Of a DNA stretch of 64,000 bases, positions 23,886 through 36,188 are shown in pieces. A program made the translations under genes and the position numbers. Under the pieces are notes generated by a model that did not search any database, was not told the DNA's origin, and saw only the letters and a program-made list of their open reading frames with translations. Each line of letters begins with the position of its first letter. Within the stretch, counting starts at the first letter, position 1. Origin of the DNA: Amphiscolops sp. MND2022 (Eukaryota); assembly GCA_964187785.1 (NCBI GenBank), contig OZ076409.1:91018001-91082000 (forward strand). The letters run 5' to 3'.

Positions 23886-24245
23886 CTTGACTATTAGCTC
23901 TTGAAAGTCTCAAGTGGATGTTGAGAGCTGATAAACACTTAAAGGTGCCATTGATGTCTTCAAGCCGCATTAGGCAAACTGCTGAAGTAACGATGTAAAC
24001 AAAGCGGCACGTTGGGGTCATCAAAGGTTGTTTGGAAGGAGTTATCGATATGAATGTTAACAGGAAGGCAAAACCCCGGGAAAGGAGTCACGGGTTTCGA
24101 AGTAAAAATCTTAAACGAAATCAAGAAAAGAAATTGTCATTCTCTCTCTTAAAGCCTACAAGTGCAGTTGGTCTTACAACTGAAATTCATAAAGTTGACT
24201 TCAATTTTCTACAAAATTGCGAAAAAACTGATAAAAACGCGATAC

Positions 24246-25079
24246 ATGGCTGATAGATACCCGCAAGACTTTTGTGGCGCTGCGCCCCGAAGGATAGAGC
24301 TAGTATATCTGTCCAGTGATGAAGAAGAGGAAAAGGACGCATTTAGTACTACATCCGTAATGGACCTCCAACTATCGTCAGAAGATGGGGAATACGACGA
24401 TGAGATCTTGATGATGGCACAATGCGTCGAAATGCAACTGTCAACGCCTATATCTGTTCCTGGGCCTTCTACACCGAAAACGGACCGCCCTAACCTATTG
24501 AACAGGCCGTCTGAATGCAAAAAGCCTGATCTGACACACAGCCCTAGTCCCGTTCCAGATCAGTCTTTCTTTTCATTGGGAAGGTGAAAGGGCCCGATAA
24601 GGCGTGATGATCGCATAAGGAATAACCACCCGATAAAGTTATGCAGCGGACTAATCCCTCTGGTGGACACACCAATGTCACCTCCCCCGGAAGAAAGAGG
24701 GCACTGTAGTTCTTTTTTCGACAACTATGGCGAGCGGCCAGAGTCACAACAATCTCTCGACGGAATTACAAATCATTTCCAAGGAATGGGACTCAGTGGG
24801 TCGGGGCCATTAGTGAACTACTCAGACTGTGTAATATGCGGGAAATCGACAATGCAAATTCAGCAAGAAGCAGTTTCGGACTACCTGGTCAAGACGGCTA
24901 TTCCCGGAGAAACAGCACTACAAGTCGAAGCGCGTAAGAGAGCCTTCATTGAAGGGATGCAGGTTGGCACATTCTTACTTCTCCCAGGGGGAGTGTCGCA
25001 GGCGGCCGCCTGGGATGGCAACCTCTATACCATAGACCACAGTCTGCCAATTGCCCTACCCGGAACATTACCTTTATAA
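24246..25079 (+). CDS. Accessory ORF3 of the retroelement (about 277 codons, one internal TGA); acidic SIM-like N-terminus, CxxC
   Basis: ORFs 24162-24587 and 24663-25079 share one frame and are separated only by TGA 24585-24587. The frame runs through the PPT and 86 nt into the 3' LTR. Confidence 0.7.
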
Positions 25080-26631
25080 CTACAAGGATAAATAACTTTG
25101 AGAACATTATTTCATTTAATATTTGCAACACATGTAAACCAATTTATGTATTTTATTTGTAATATGATTGATGTTTGACAGCAAGTTATACTGACAGGCA
25201 GAAAGGAAACGAGTTCAAATGTTTGCCTGTTAAGTATAGCTAGCATAGCCGCGCACGGCATATTAGCCAATCATAGCTCATCTTGTTTTATTTGTAGTTG
25301 TAGTAATGCATTCACTTATTAATCAGAATGGACCGTCACGGCCACTTGGCCTAAGCGGACTAATTGCATTTTGTTGCTATACTGAGTTGCTGTTAAATAA
25401 ATAGAACAAAGCGAATGCTGTCTTAATGGCTGAACGGCCTTACTTGTCCAAATGTCGCTAGTGCTACTGCTAGAGAAATAAGGCCCTATGCGGCCAGCAG
25501 ACTAAATGAGTATTCTCATTTGTTAATATGATGAAATCGATGCTATTATTGATATGTTAATGAAATACGTGTTATGTATTACTGAGTGTTCAAGCTCATG
25601 TAAACGTTAATATGTAGTGTTACTTCCCCTGTTTAATATGATAATATGGGGCTAAATGGTTCCTCGCGACAATAGACCGTGTAGGACCGCCATGAATCAT
25701 TTTGCATGTAAAACTGTTGCTTACATGAATTTGTATATCCGAACATTTTGACCTATATGCAACGTGGCCCTGTTAGGCGCTTTGATTTAGCCGCCTATAT
25801 AGGTCCACGCTGACGTCATGTTGCTATTTATAGTTCTGATGTATCTATTTTTAGCCTGTGTGCTATTTTTAGCAGCATGACCATCAGAATTGCGGATGTC
25901 ATGCTGTCTTGAGTATATATATGCCCAAGTGAGCCCACAATTTCAATGATTGATACGATACGGTTATTATACAGTTATTCTTTTACTGAGAGTACAAGAT
26001 TCACTGTAAACCCAACAAATATTGTCCACAGGAACAATTTACTTATTTTCTCCTGGAAAGATATTTTCAATGCCATCTACAAGAAGACAAAAGGCTAAAG
26101 CCAGGAGGTCGAGAGAGTTAGACATGTTGTCCGACTACGGTAACATGGACGTGATGCTAGGTGAAGGTAATTCTAACTCTATAGAAAGAGAGCTAGATAG
26201 TCTCATTAATGTCCCTGAAGGGCCGCAAGACTTCAGGTCATTTCCTAACAGGGAAAATTCATCTCAAGAAAATGAGATTAGAGATATTGATAACAGAAAC
26301 GAACCAGTTAGAGAAAGTAGACTAATAGAATCAATTAATATGTTGTCCGGAGAAATGAATGCTAGAATGTCTCGCGAAATGGAAACAATGATGGATTTAA
26401 TGCAATCACAAATCAGTAGCGCTATTAGCTCTGCCATAAGTGAAAGGATTATTCCTGAGATACAGAACATGGTGGAAAACTTGCCTTTGAGTCAACCTGG
26501 CGGCGGACCGTGTATGTCCTCAAATGAGGATGGGATGAGAAATGTATGGAAAAGCTCAAATACGAAATTAACAAAGAAGGACTCAAGGTCTGCATGCGAT
26601 CTGAGGGACCATGTGGACCCTGTTCCTTACA
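24994..26631 (+). repeat. 3' LTR (1638 bp)
   Basis: Near-identical to 10944-12581. Its gag copy (ATG 26070) reads into flanking DNA and stops at 26693. Confidence 0.97.
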
Positions 26632-27254
26632 TCAACCATTTTTGTTCACTAGGTGCTGGGCATCATGCCGACCAGCAGTCAACCACCGGCTAAGCTGAGG
26701 CCCTACGAAAGCATCATCAAGCAGAAAGTGAGAACGGACCAAGGAGTCCAAATCAGAAATGCAAAGGGTTAGTTACAAGAAGGCCAACCGTTGTAATCAC
26801 GTGGCAAATGGATTTATGGTTTTTAAATATTTGAATTGGTTTGGTCAGATAAATATTATAGTATGAACTAAAACACAAAAATTCATATTTATTCATATGA
26901 GGACACATATCTGACCGGGACGCAGAAAGGAGCTTTACAGCTCTAGGGTATAAACAGCCATCAAATTCGATGTCATTGTTTTGAGTTCCAACACCAGACC
27001 AAGGTTTTTGAATTTCAACCTCAACAAAGTGAAAATATTAACTCTTATTTCAAAAGCTTTTTATACAATATTCATATCCTGTAAGATTTAAGCCTTGTGA
27101 CTATGAATAATATTCGAGTCAAGCATTTTTGTAATGTTTCGCGCATTTATGGGGCACTTTATTGAAGGAGATCAATATATTTTGGGAACTTATTGCCCAG
27201 TTGCTTGATAATATTTGGTTAGGTAATCAATGTTACTGACACTAACTGTCTGAA

Positions 27255-27660
27255 TTGACTTGGGTGTTAACAGAGATCTCCAAGATGAATAGGATCACTC
27301 GACAGATGGACATAGATCACAAATTGGCAGTTCACCACCTGTGGCAGAAGCAGGACAGACTCAGAGCAGAGATTGCAGAGCAGAGCAGTAAGATTCAGAC
27401 CATTCGCAAGAACCTTCACCTCCAGAGCAAAACAGATCCACTCGCCGGCGATAGACCCAGAACTAGGTAAGCATCTCTGCGCGAGCCAATCCGAGCCTTG
27501 CAATGTTTTCCAACAACGGACAACACAAACCCACGTAAAAGTTCCCAACTTTTTTGAATTTTGATACTGATTTCATGAAAACAAGTTTCTTCATAAGGAT
27601 TCTACCCCTGTGGAACAAGCTACCATCATGTTTGGTCAAAAAAGTTTTCCTCTGAAACAA
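27255..27660 (+). pseudogene. Degenerate 3' fragment of a LINE RT ORF
   Basis: Translates to DLGV near 27257 and SFFIRILPLWNKLP near 27584, typical of CR1/L2 ORF2 C-termini. Confidence 0.55.
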
Positions 27661-29699
27661 TTAAAACATTTTTTCTCAAAGTAGCAAAGAAATTGAACAA
27701 CCGGAACATAGGAAAAAATGCTGGAGATTACCGCTTCATTAAAATTGATTTTAATTGATGCATGAAGTTTGTTTATTAACAATTACACTGCCTTTTTAAA
27801 GGAAACTAATTAATGCCTCTTTGAATTAAAGATAAAGAATTCAGTGTTATTTCCAAGTGGAGGTTGCCTCTGCTAATTTTTGTACAATTGAAAAAATTGG
27901 TGACCAAAATACATTTGCAAAATTGAGCGTCCAATGTCAAAAAAATGGATTTGATATTAGACTGTTTGCGGTAACAATTCTTAGGAAAGTACTATCGTTC
28001 TTGTTTGCTTTTTCTGAAATCCTCTTATGCCGTCAGCGAGAAATAAAAAAGCGAAGAATCCTGGAAGTAACAAGGTTCTCTAACTTTTCCATGGCAAGTC
28101 TTTATAACTAAAGTTTCAAGACATAATAGCTACGGCCATTATAATTGTTTAGTGAGTGGGATTACTGATACAATAATGATTTAGGCATCCAGTAACTATA
28201 TTATGACTTTGGCATCCACTAACTATATTTTTGTAAACTTTCGCATTTTTCAAGCAAGTCTCCTTGTTTCACAGTCGCTCATCAGCGAGGAGAAACCAGA
28301 TAGAAATTCCAGTTGAAACTCAGCCAGTTTTCGATTCCTCTCAAAACGATGACTCCTCTTCACCGTCTGACGAAATTTTCAACAAACATGAAAGGTTACT
28401 ACGTCACCAACGAGAGGCCAATAGAGATGTCTCCAAATGGGTTAGCGATCGGAGTTTCTTTCGATATGCTGAAATCTTATGCTCACTAGCCCAAAGTAGT
28501 GATTTGGAAAAAATTAATTTCTGCGCATTGAATCTAACTCAAGTTTAACATTTTTGTTTTAAAAAAGAGCCGCATCTGCGATAGGGTCGGAAATGGATTA
28601 AAATATTAAAAACAAATTACGTACTTTATTGTCATTTGGTCATTTTTGGACTGATTTTGGTTGGGTATGTTTCTCAGACTCTGCTCTGGTCACATGCACA
28701 ACCTTGGTTGGAACACAACAATTTTAAAAACTTTCCGACAAAAACGATTTTCTAACGAAAACAATTCTGATTTTTTGAGGTGGAATGTGAGTGGAGTTGA
28801 AGGTGAGTGGAAGAAATAACCGCATGTCGCAAATGGATTAAAATATTGAAAACCAAATTACGTACTTCATTGTCATTTTGGCACTAATTTTGGCTACGTT
28901 TCTCAGATACCAGTCAGGCGATTTTGATGTCATTGCGCACACAGGAGCACATTCGGGTGTAGAATGACTGTGCTAAATTTTATGTTTTTGAAAATTTGAA
29001 ACTTTCAATGAAAGGTTCGGAAAAAGGTACGATTGCATAAGTAGTCGAAATTTTTTCCGACTCCTAAAAAGCACTCAAATCAGATTTTCAGAAACTAGTG
29101 TTGAAAATTTACCGGTGGGATCGGCCGGATGTGAAGAGTATATTTTAAGTTCACTCATTTTGGCATCACTTTTACGTTTCACCTTTATAAGTTATTTGTT
29201 TGCAGGTGAAAAAGTTTCTCAGCGAGCCCATACCAACAGGAATTGAAGAAGAGCCGACGAAAGACATATACGATTTGTTTTATTGAATCACAGAACTTCC
29301 AGTTTTTTCAAAGAATAGTTTATTTTTTTAAAAGAAAGTAGTTAATGTCCTAAGAGATAAATTTTGGATGAAAAAAAACAATGATTCGTATGAATAAAAA
29401 TCTGCTCGTGGAATTTCGAAACAAAAATTCTTGTTTGGGCAATTTTTGTTTCTTAAATTTTCTTTGGGATGAGGCGAGGGATAATGACAATAAGTCGAAT
29501 TCCTTAAAGATACCGCTGTAGGAGTATCTTAAAGATATCCTTAACTGGAGGATATAAAACAGCCCTGACGTTTGCTCAGATTTTATTATTTCTTTACCTA
29601 CATTCTTGCTATTTTTGAATTCAAAAGTGCTGGCTTATTCTTTGTGTCTTCCAAGATTGAAGGTTCCACCGACAGCAAACTGTTTCCAGCGAAATAAGC

Positions 29700-30116
29700 C
29701 CCGAATATATATAAACGCGACTATTATAGTGACTTTTTTCAATCCACACGAACTGACCAAAATAGTTCTTGAAAGTTCAACAAAATTTTATGGACTCAAA
29801 TACAATCATTTGGCTTAGCGAACGGAACAAAAAAGGTTTTACCTCTTTTTCCGCGTATCATGCAATACTGGGAGAGTCTAAAGGGTCCCCCTTTCAGTTT
29901 TTCGGCTTTGTGAGATTTTTTTCGAATTTTTTTTACAAAAGGAACCCCTTTCAATTTTCATCGAATTCGATGTTAAAAAATACGAAAGAGTCCCACCTTT
30001 TTGGGTTCTTCAGGTACTGTAAAAGAATTGCTACAGTTTGAAGACTTGACAGTTTGAACTCCTTTTCCTATTTTTGAGCCTTAGTATGGCGCCAACTTAT
30101 GCGGTTCCGGCTTGTT
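29700..30116. mobile_element. Degenerate family A repeat (reverse orientation)
   Basis: Ends TTTTTGAGCCTTAGTATGGCGCCAAC..CCGGCTTGTT; contains AAGGGTCCCCCTTT motifs. Confidence 0.6.
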
Positions 30117-30118
30117 AA

Positions 30119-30879
30119 TACACCCTTTCAACGCCTATTGAGACAAAAATGAGCTCGTTTGAAACAAAAGTATCTCCTTTTGAAACAGTAACGCCAAAGT
30201 AAATTCTATTGAAACAAATTTTCCCAAAGTGAGTTTAATTGAAACAAACGACTTTCTATTGAAACATTTATACACAAATGGCCACAAATACACAATGAAA
30301 GAGAAAACAGATGAACTTGATAAAGCGGATAACATATTTAACCATCAATAGGCTTCATAGCAAGGCAGCCTGGAATATGTGTCATTGAATGGTTATACCA
30401 GCCACGACACTTCTGGAGCTTGATCCGTGAATTGAAGCTTGCTCGGTAATTTATCTCTTGTAGCGTGATTCAGCTGTTTCAAAGACAACATTGGGTTGCC
30501 CTCTAGAATCTCTACAGCATGGTGAAGTATTTCGTCATCAGTTTTTCTGTTATGAGAACCACCCTTCGGCAGGTTTTCTTCTCTCCCCCGTCGCACGATT
30601 GTATAGGCCGTAGTCCTTTTGATATCCAAACTCCGAGCTAATGTAAGAAAATATCCGCCATTTGAATGGATTTCAAGAATACGTCGCTTATCTATGCTAG
30701 CGATAGCTTGATAGCAGGCCATTTTGCAAGATGTTTCAATAGGTTTTTCAATGTTTCAATTGAACATACGAACGCGTGTCCAAACGTGATCAAATTTTCT
30801 TTTCCGGTAACGTTTCAATGGATCACACGTACGTTTCAATAGAAGTCACTAATGTTTCAATAGGCTTTGAAAAGGTGTG
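30119..30879 (-). mobile_element. Internally deleted IS630-Tc1-mariner-type DNA transposon
   Basis: Imperfect TIRs of about 27 bp (ACACCCTTTCAACGCCTATTGAGACA / TGTTTCAATAGGCTTTGAAAAGGTGT) and subterminal TTGAAACA repeats. ORF 30393-30722 encodes only the HTH region (LARSLDIKRTTAYTIV..KGG..RK), with no DDE. Confidence 0.75.
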
Positions 30880-32455
30880 ATATTCTTTAAATTTCCACAA
30901 TTATCATTTTGTAGTAAAAAACGCTACGATGAAAAAAGGCTCTTGCCAACACCCTAAAGCGAACAAGACGCCCGCTATGCACCGGGAAATTTCCGCCTTC
31001 AATTGACTAACAATAGACGCTTAACCGAAAATTAATCTGCTTGGCAAAACGCAATCTACTTCGAATATAACGTCAAAATTCGGATATAGCACAATTTTTC
31101 TCGAACCTCCGCCTCATCCTTAGTAAAATGCAATATAGTTCGCATATAACGTCAAAAATTCGAAAATGGGGCAATATTACTGAATTTTCGATTCCTCTTT
31201 AGTGAAACACAATTTACTTCGTATATAAAAACGCATTTCACGTCGTATAATAGTAAAACGCAATTTGCTTCGTATACAAGTGGATGTAAAATAGTCAAGT
31301 GGATTGAGATCGTCACTACGGAGATTCGGCAGAATTTGAAAAAAACGCAACACAGATTATGATTTTCCACCCCTATTATATGTGGGCGGAAAAGGTTATA
31401 AATGGTTGCTTCAAATGAATTTGATACCAGCTGGTATCGGAACAAGGTCTCTTGAGACAACTCGAACTTTACCTAAAAAATGAACTAGACTATATTTGGA
31501 CGATTTTTCCCTTTAACACAAAAAAAGCTTGAAAAACCTATTTTCCAAATGAAATTGATCTAGGTATAAATACTTACAGGATAATCTCTAGAGTTGTTTC
31601 GACACATGTATCAAAAATTTATCCTCACTTTCTGATTTTTACTAACAAAAATACAAAAATTCACCGCTAACAAGTTCAAATCAATATTTTGGACAGAAAT
31701 TTCAGCGAAAGCGATGTCGACATAATGGTCTTTAAACCTTGGTTCTTATTTCCCACCCGCGGCCGCTTGGGGGTAATAAGAAACATGGTCCCCATATTTA
31801 ATAGATGGTAATGATCTTTTTTGTTTTTCCATTGAAAAGACCAGTTGCAACCCATGAATTACTGGATTGATTCGAGTTCGCAAAAAAAGTAAAGAAAATT
31901 TCAGTGGAATATGCAGATGACTACAGAATCATGATAAGTTTGACTCAATTCTCGTTATCACATGACGAGGGCAACAACTTTGAGAGCTGAATATGCTTCT
32001 TTTCTGCCCTGCTTGAACGACTTGAAACATCTTAATGCAGAATATCATGCTTGTTTTCATCTATGTTCAAGAAACGAAACCTTTCAACTGACAATTACAG
32101 GCTTGAACACCCGAAAACATGATGATTTTGAAAATTATATTGCTGAAGACTACCTAATTAGCTTTTTTGAACTATTTGACAAAATGAAAGCCCTCTTTAT
32201 GAGTACTTTCTATGCTATCTGGGAAACAGTGACCATTTTTAGAAAAATGGAAGTCAAACCAAGTCATACAATTTTTCAAATAATAGTTGTCAATAACCGC
32301 TTTGGACGCGATGTCCTAGAACCGACATCTTTTGCTACTCGTGATCTTACCTAGAAGACAACAAAATTAAGTATACTGCAGTGATAACACTTAGTTGCAT
32401 TTAAAATGGGATGAACTGGAAGCTTTCTCACTTGTATTCAAGGACGTGATTTGAG

Positions 32456-33350
32456 TTTTTAGTCGGCGCACTTTGTAGGAAAAGAAGTCTCCTACAGTTA
32501 CTAGTTTTTAGTCGGCGTTTTTATTAATAAAAGAGCCCGACTGTTACAGTCACTCATTTATTTTCTTTAAGACAGACTCGAAGCAACGAATTTTTTGTTC
32601 AGTTTGTTCAACTGAACGAATACCTGGGAAACGCATCTACGTTATCGCAAAGGATCCCCCTTCCAGTTTTTGCTTTTTAAACGTAACTTACAAAACCAGA
32701 CGAGACGAAAGGTTTTTCTAGCTTTCATGTTTTTCTGCGCTTTTTGACCCTTAGATATAGCGCCGACTTTAGACGTTCCCGTCTTGTTTTATTTTACGTA
32801 TTCTCAAGAAACGAAACATCTAGCAAACACGTTTTTAGTCGGCGCTTCATGAAGTGAAACGCGACTATACTAGTGACTTTTTTCAATCCACACGAACTGA
32901 CCAAAATACTTCTGAAAAGTTCTACGAAATTTCATGGTGTCAAAATGAACTATTTGGTCTGGGAAACTGAACCAAAAAGGTTGTTCCTTTTTTCAGCGTG
33001 GACTAAAGGGTCACCTTTTCAGTTTTTTGTTTTGCGACAGAATGGATATTGAAAAATCCCAAAGGGTTCCCCTTTTCAATTTTTCGGCATTGTGAGACTT
33101 GTTTTCGAACATTTTTAGTGTCTCCAAAGGGTCCCCCTTCAATTTTTTGATGTTTTGCAACAGAATGGATGTCAAAAAACCAGAAAGAGTTCCCCTTTTA
33201 GCGTGCCAGGGGCCCGCGCTAGTAGGCTCCCGGCGCGCCAATTCGGTCCAATTTTTGGGTACTGTAAGAGAGAATTCTTGGCACTTTGAAGTCTTTTTGC
33301 CGTTTTTGAACCTTAGATATGACGCCGATTTATACCGTTCCCGGCTTGTT
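32456..33350. mobile_element. Two adjacent family A repeats (32456-32788, 32832-33350), reverse orientation
   Basis: Begin TTTTAGTCGGCGC and end GCGCCGAC..GACGTTCCCGTCTTGTT or ACCGTTCCCGGCTTGTT. Confidence 0.7.
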
Positions 33351-35702
33351 ATTCTCTTCCTCCATAATTTTGCCAATAGTTAATAGGAGCGCTGGAAAGT
33401 ACTTTTCACTCGGCCCAGAGGTTGAGAAGAGTTTCTCGGCGCGGAGTTTCTATCCGTGTACGTTGGTTTGAGTTCGGCGCTGGACCAAATTTCAAAGCTT
33501 GCAAATGTAGAAGGGAGACTGAAGGGTCTCTTTGGAGTTTTGCGACTTTTTGAAAACCAAGACCACCTTGATTTTTGGCAGAAATGAAGCGCTTCGCGAG
33601 GCATAGGGGGCCCCTTAGTGTATTCCGGTAGTAGTACCGAAAAAAAATTCCAATAAGAATTCTATTTTTCACAATCTTTCGTCTTTTTGAGGTTCTGTTA
33701 CGGAAAACAGTTTTGCGAATGTTATGGGTGACCTTTGGTTAGTTTTTGTATTTGTGGGATTGATGAGTTTTCTCAATATGAGTTTTTTATCAGTTCTGAG
33801 CTGCTTTTTACAAAATCGTATTTTCACTCATATGTTCGCTGATTTAGTTAAGGAAACGCGTTTTCGGGTAATTTCGGCACTGGGACTTTTTCACCCTGAA
33901 TGGTCCCCCTTGGAAATTTCCCATAATTGAACAGTATACAAAAATATCATCTCATGTACGCCATTCAGGTCCAGAGGGACTTTGCACACTTCTTTTGACA
34001 GGAATATAGAGGTCCTGTAGATGGCTTTGTTGCAGCGCCAACGGGGAGGACCCTTATGTTGCCATCTGTACGAGAGCCGCGACTTCCAAACTTTTAATGG
34101 GTTGAGGGATCCATTACCTCAACGTGGCAACGTGGTGGCTCGACGAAATATTCTGCGTCCACCGCGCAGAAAGCCAGGGATTACGTAAGATCCCCTGCTG
34201 CCGAAGAAAGCAGGGGCGGTTTTACGGGCCGCCACTTGCCCCTTTGGAGAGATGTATGGAATGAATTGATATCACAGCCGGTAATATGAACCGAGCTTTC
34301 CTAGTTTCAAATATTCAACTGGTGCTTTCGTTCCGGTGCGCCCATCCGTGAAGAAAATCCTAACACCGCCCCTGGAAGAAAGGGATAAAAATCCTAAAAC
34401 CGCCCTTGGAAGAAAGGGATAAAAATCAAGCAAACTAGAGAAGCTCGGCCATTCTGCTGGCAATTCAGGCAGTGAGACCGAACAGAAGACAACTCTGTTG
34501 AGGTGCAGTGTCGCCCCTCCAAGAGTATTGTTGGGGAAAATATTGCAGTGCCACTGCCTTGATTAATCTCATGGGAGAATCGAATCATCATTTTTGAAAT
34601 GTGAGGATATTAGGCACTAACTGTAATAACCACTTAGCATAAACTTAGATCAATTTATTGCTCATTCAACTGATTCAAAACGCGTAATGATCAAATTATT
34701 AACTTCTTTCACGTTGCACTCAATTGAATAGGGCAACAGGTAAGCTTTGTCAATCATAAGAATCATCTCATTGTCCATTACTCAAATGCATCGAATTGTA
34801 TCATAAATGAATTTTCGAAACAAATAATGCCAAAAAACTGGCAAGAGAAACGGAAACACTAACCAAATTAGTGCCAGCAATAATAAATTTTCAAAATTGC
34901 AATTTTAAGTATTCATGGAACCAATTATCTGATTAAAAGCTCCATCATTTAGGCAGAATTTTTCAACTATTGAAATACATTTAAATTTAACAAATTTTAA
35001 CTGATTCAAGTGAGCACATTGGGATTTGCTTGAACCAATAAGGCTTCAATCATTTTTTAAAAAGCAGTTCATTGAGACAATTTTTCACATTCACAGCGTC
35101 ATGTTTTATAAGATTGCATTCTTTTTTACAATGTTTTATAAGATTGCATTCTTTTTTACAAATCTCATTAATAATCAAATGTTCCCATTAGCTGACTCGG
35201 AACACTAAAATTGTCAGCCGGAAATGACACGGTAATGAACGTAACAAGCTATTCTTTGATGTTTCCATTTGAATGGGACGGATGAATAATAAGCTTAGGG
35301 GAGCTTGTTTGGCAGTTGTGTCTATTGCAAATGTACTGCTAATGGATGCTATTAGCACGATTCCCTAATGGCAGGCCGACCCTCGAAATTACGTCAGGTC
35401 ATAAAAATGTTGATCTACAAAAATGAGGCCGTCCCTATTTTTTGGAACAGTAGACACAAGAGACGAAGCATAATCATTTCAAAACCGGTTGATACTAAAC
35501 TATATATATGAATGTATTAGATAGGTCAGGTGAGAAACACGTGAGTTAGATTATAATGACGCCATCAATGTAATAAAATGACAACCTGCACACCTACATT
35601 GTACAAAATTTGATATGATTGCCTTTGATTTTTTGATGCAGCCAAGTGAGGAGAAAAACGAATTTGACAGGATTGGCAAATGACTAACAGGAGATGTTGA
35701 TA

Positions 35703-36026
35703 CAGGGTGGCCAGTTTTTTCAACAAAAAAGCGACCCAATTAAAATCATAGAAATTTAAGTTTTTTTACTAAAAAAAAGTTACCTAACGTTTCTTCAAAA
35801 AACATGTTTTAGTAACCATAAATTATAATAGGGACAAAATGTTGAACAGAATATCTGAGATAGGAATACACATAAGCATTCAAAACTTATTGCGTAACGA
35901 AAGAGTCAATGATATTTCCAGATATGACTTTGCTGTGTCCACTTTGGGCACTTAACTCAGCACTTAATCTCTTCTAGCGTAAAAAAGCGACCAGATCGCT
36001 TTAAAGCAACCCAACTGGCCACCGTG
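35703..36026. mobile_element. 324-bp MITE with 8-bp TSD (hAT- or P-like)
   Basis: TIR CAGGGTGGCCAGTT / AACTGGCCACCGTG, flanked by TGTTGATA at 35695-35702 and 36027-36034. Confidence 0.85.
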
Positions 36027-36188
36027 TGTTGATAGCAACTAATTAATACTATTTCCAAGAGTCAGTAATCAAAACATTTTTTGAAAAACGGATGCTAGAA
36101 AGTTTCATGCTTTGCATGTTTTGATTGACAGGTGTTTGTTTATCAACAAACCTAGATTTCAGACTGAAGTTTTTCTCCAAACCTGACG

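Larger units (their letters stand above)
10944..26631 (+). mobile_element. Full-length 15.7-kb Ty3/gypsy LTR retrotransposon with extra genes
   Basis: 1638-bp TG..CA LTRs differing at 5 positions by eye, TSD TCAAC (10939-10943, 26632-26636), PBS TGGTGACAGGAG (tRNA-Leu-like) at 12582, PPT AGGGGGAG before 24994, and domain order PR-RT-RH-IN. Confidence 0.97.

Noticed and set aside
24246..25079. ORF3 as an env gene
   Set aside because: It occupies the env position but has no signal peptide, furin site, fusion peptide or TM anchor.
24994..26693. Second gag as a separate tandem element or host gene
   Set aside because: It is the 3' LTR; identity stops exactly at CA, followed by the TSD.
31962..32354. 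130-aa ORF
   Set aside because: No recognisable motif, splice context or compositional support.
34354..35160. Short two-copy tandem repeats (about 33 bp at 34354-34427, 30 bp at 35101-35160)
   Set aside because: Simple local slippage duplications with no further structure.
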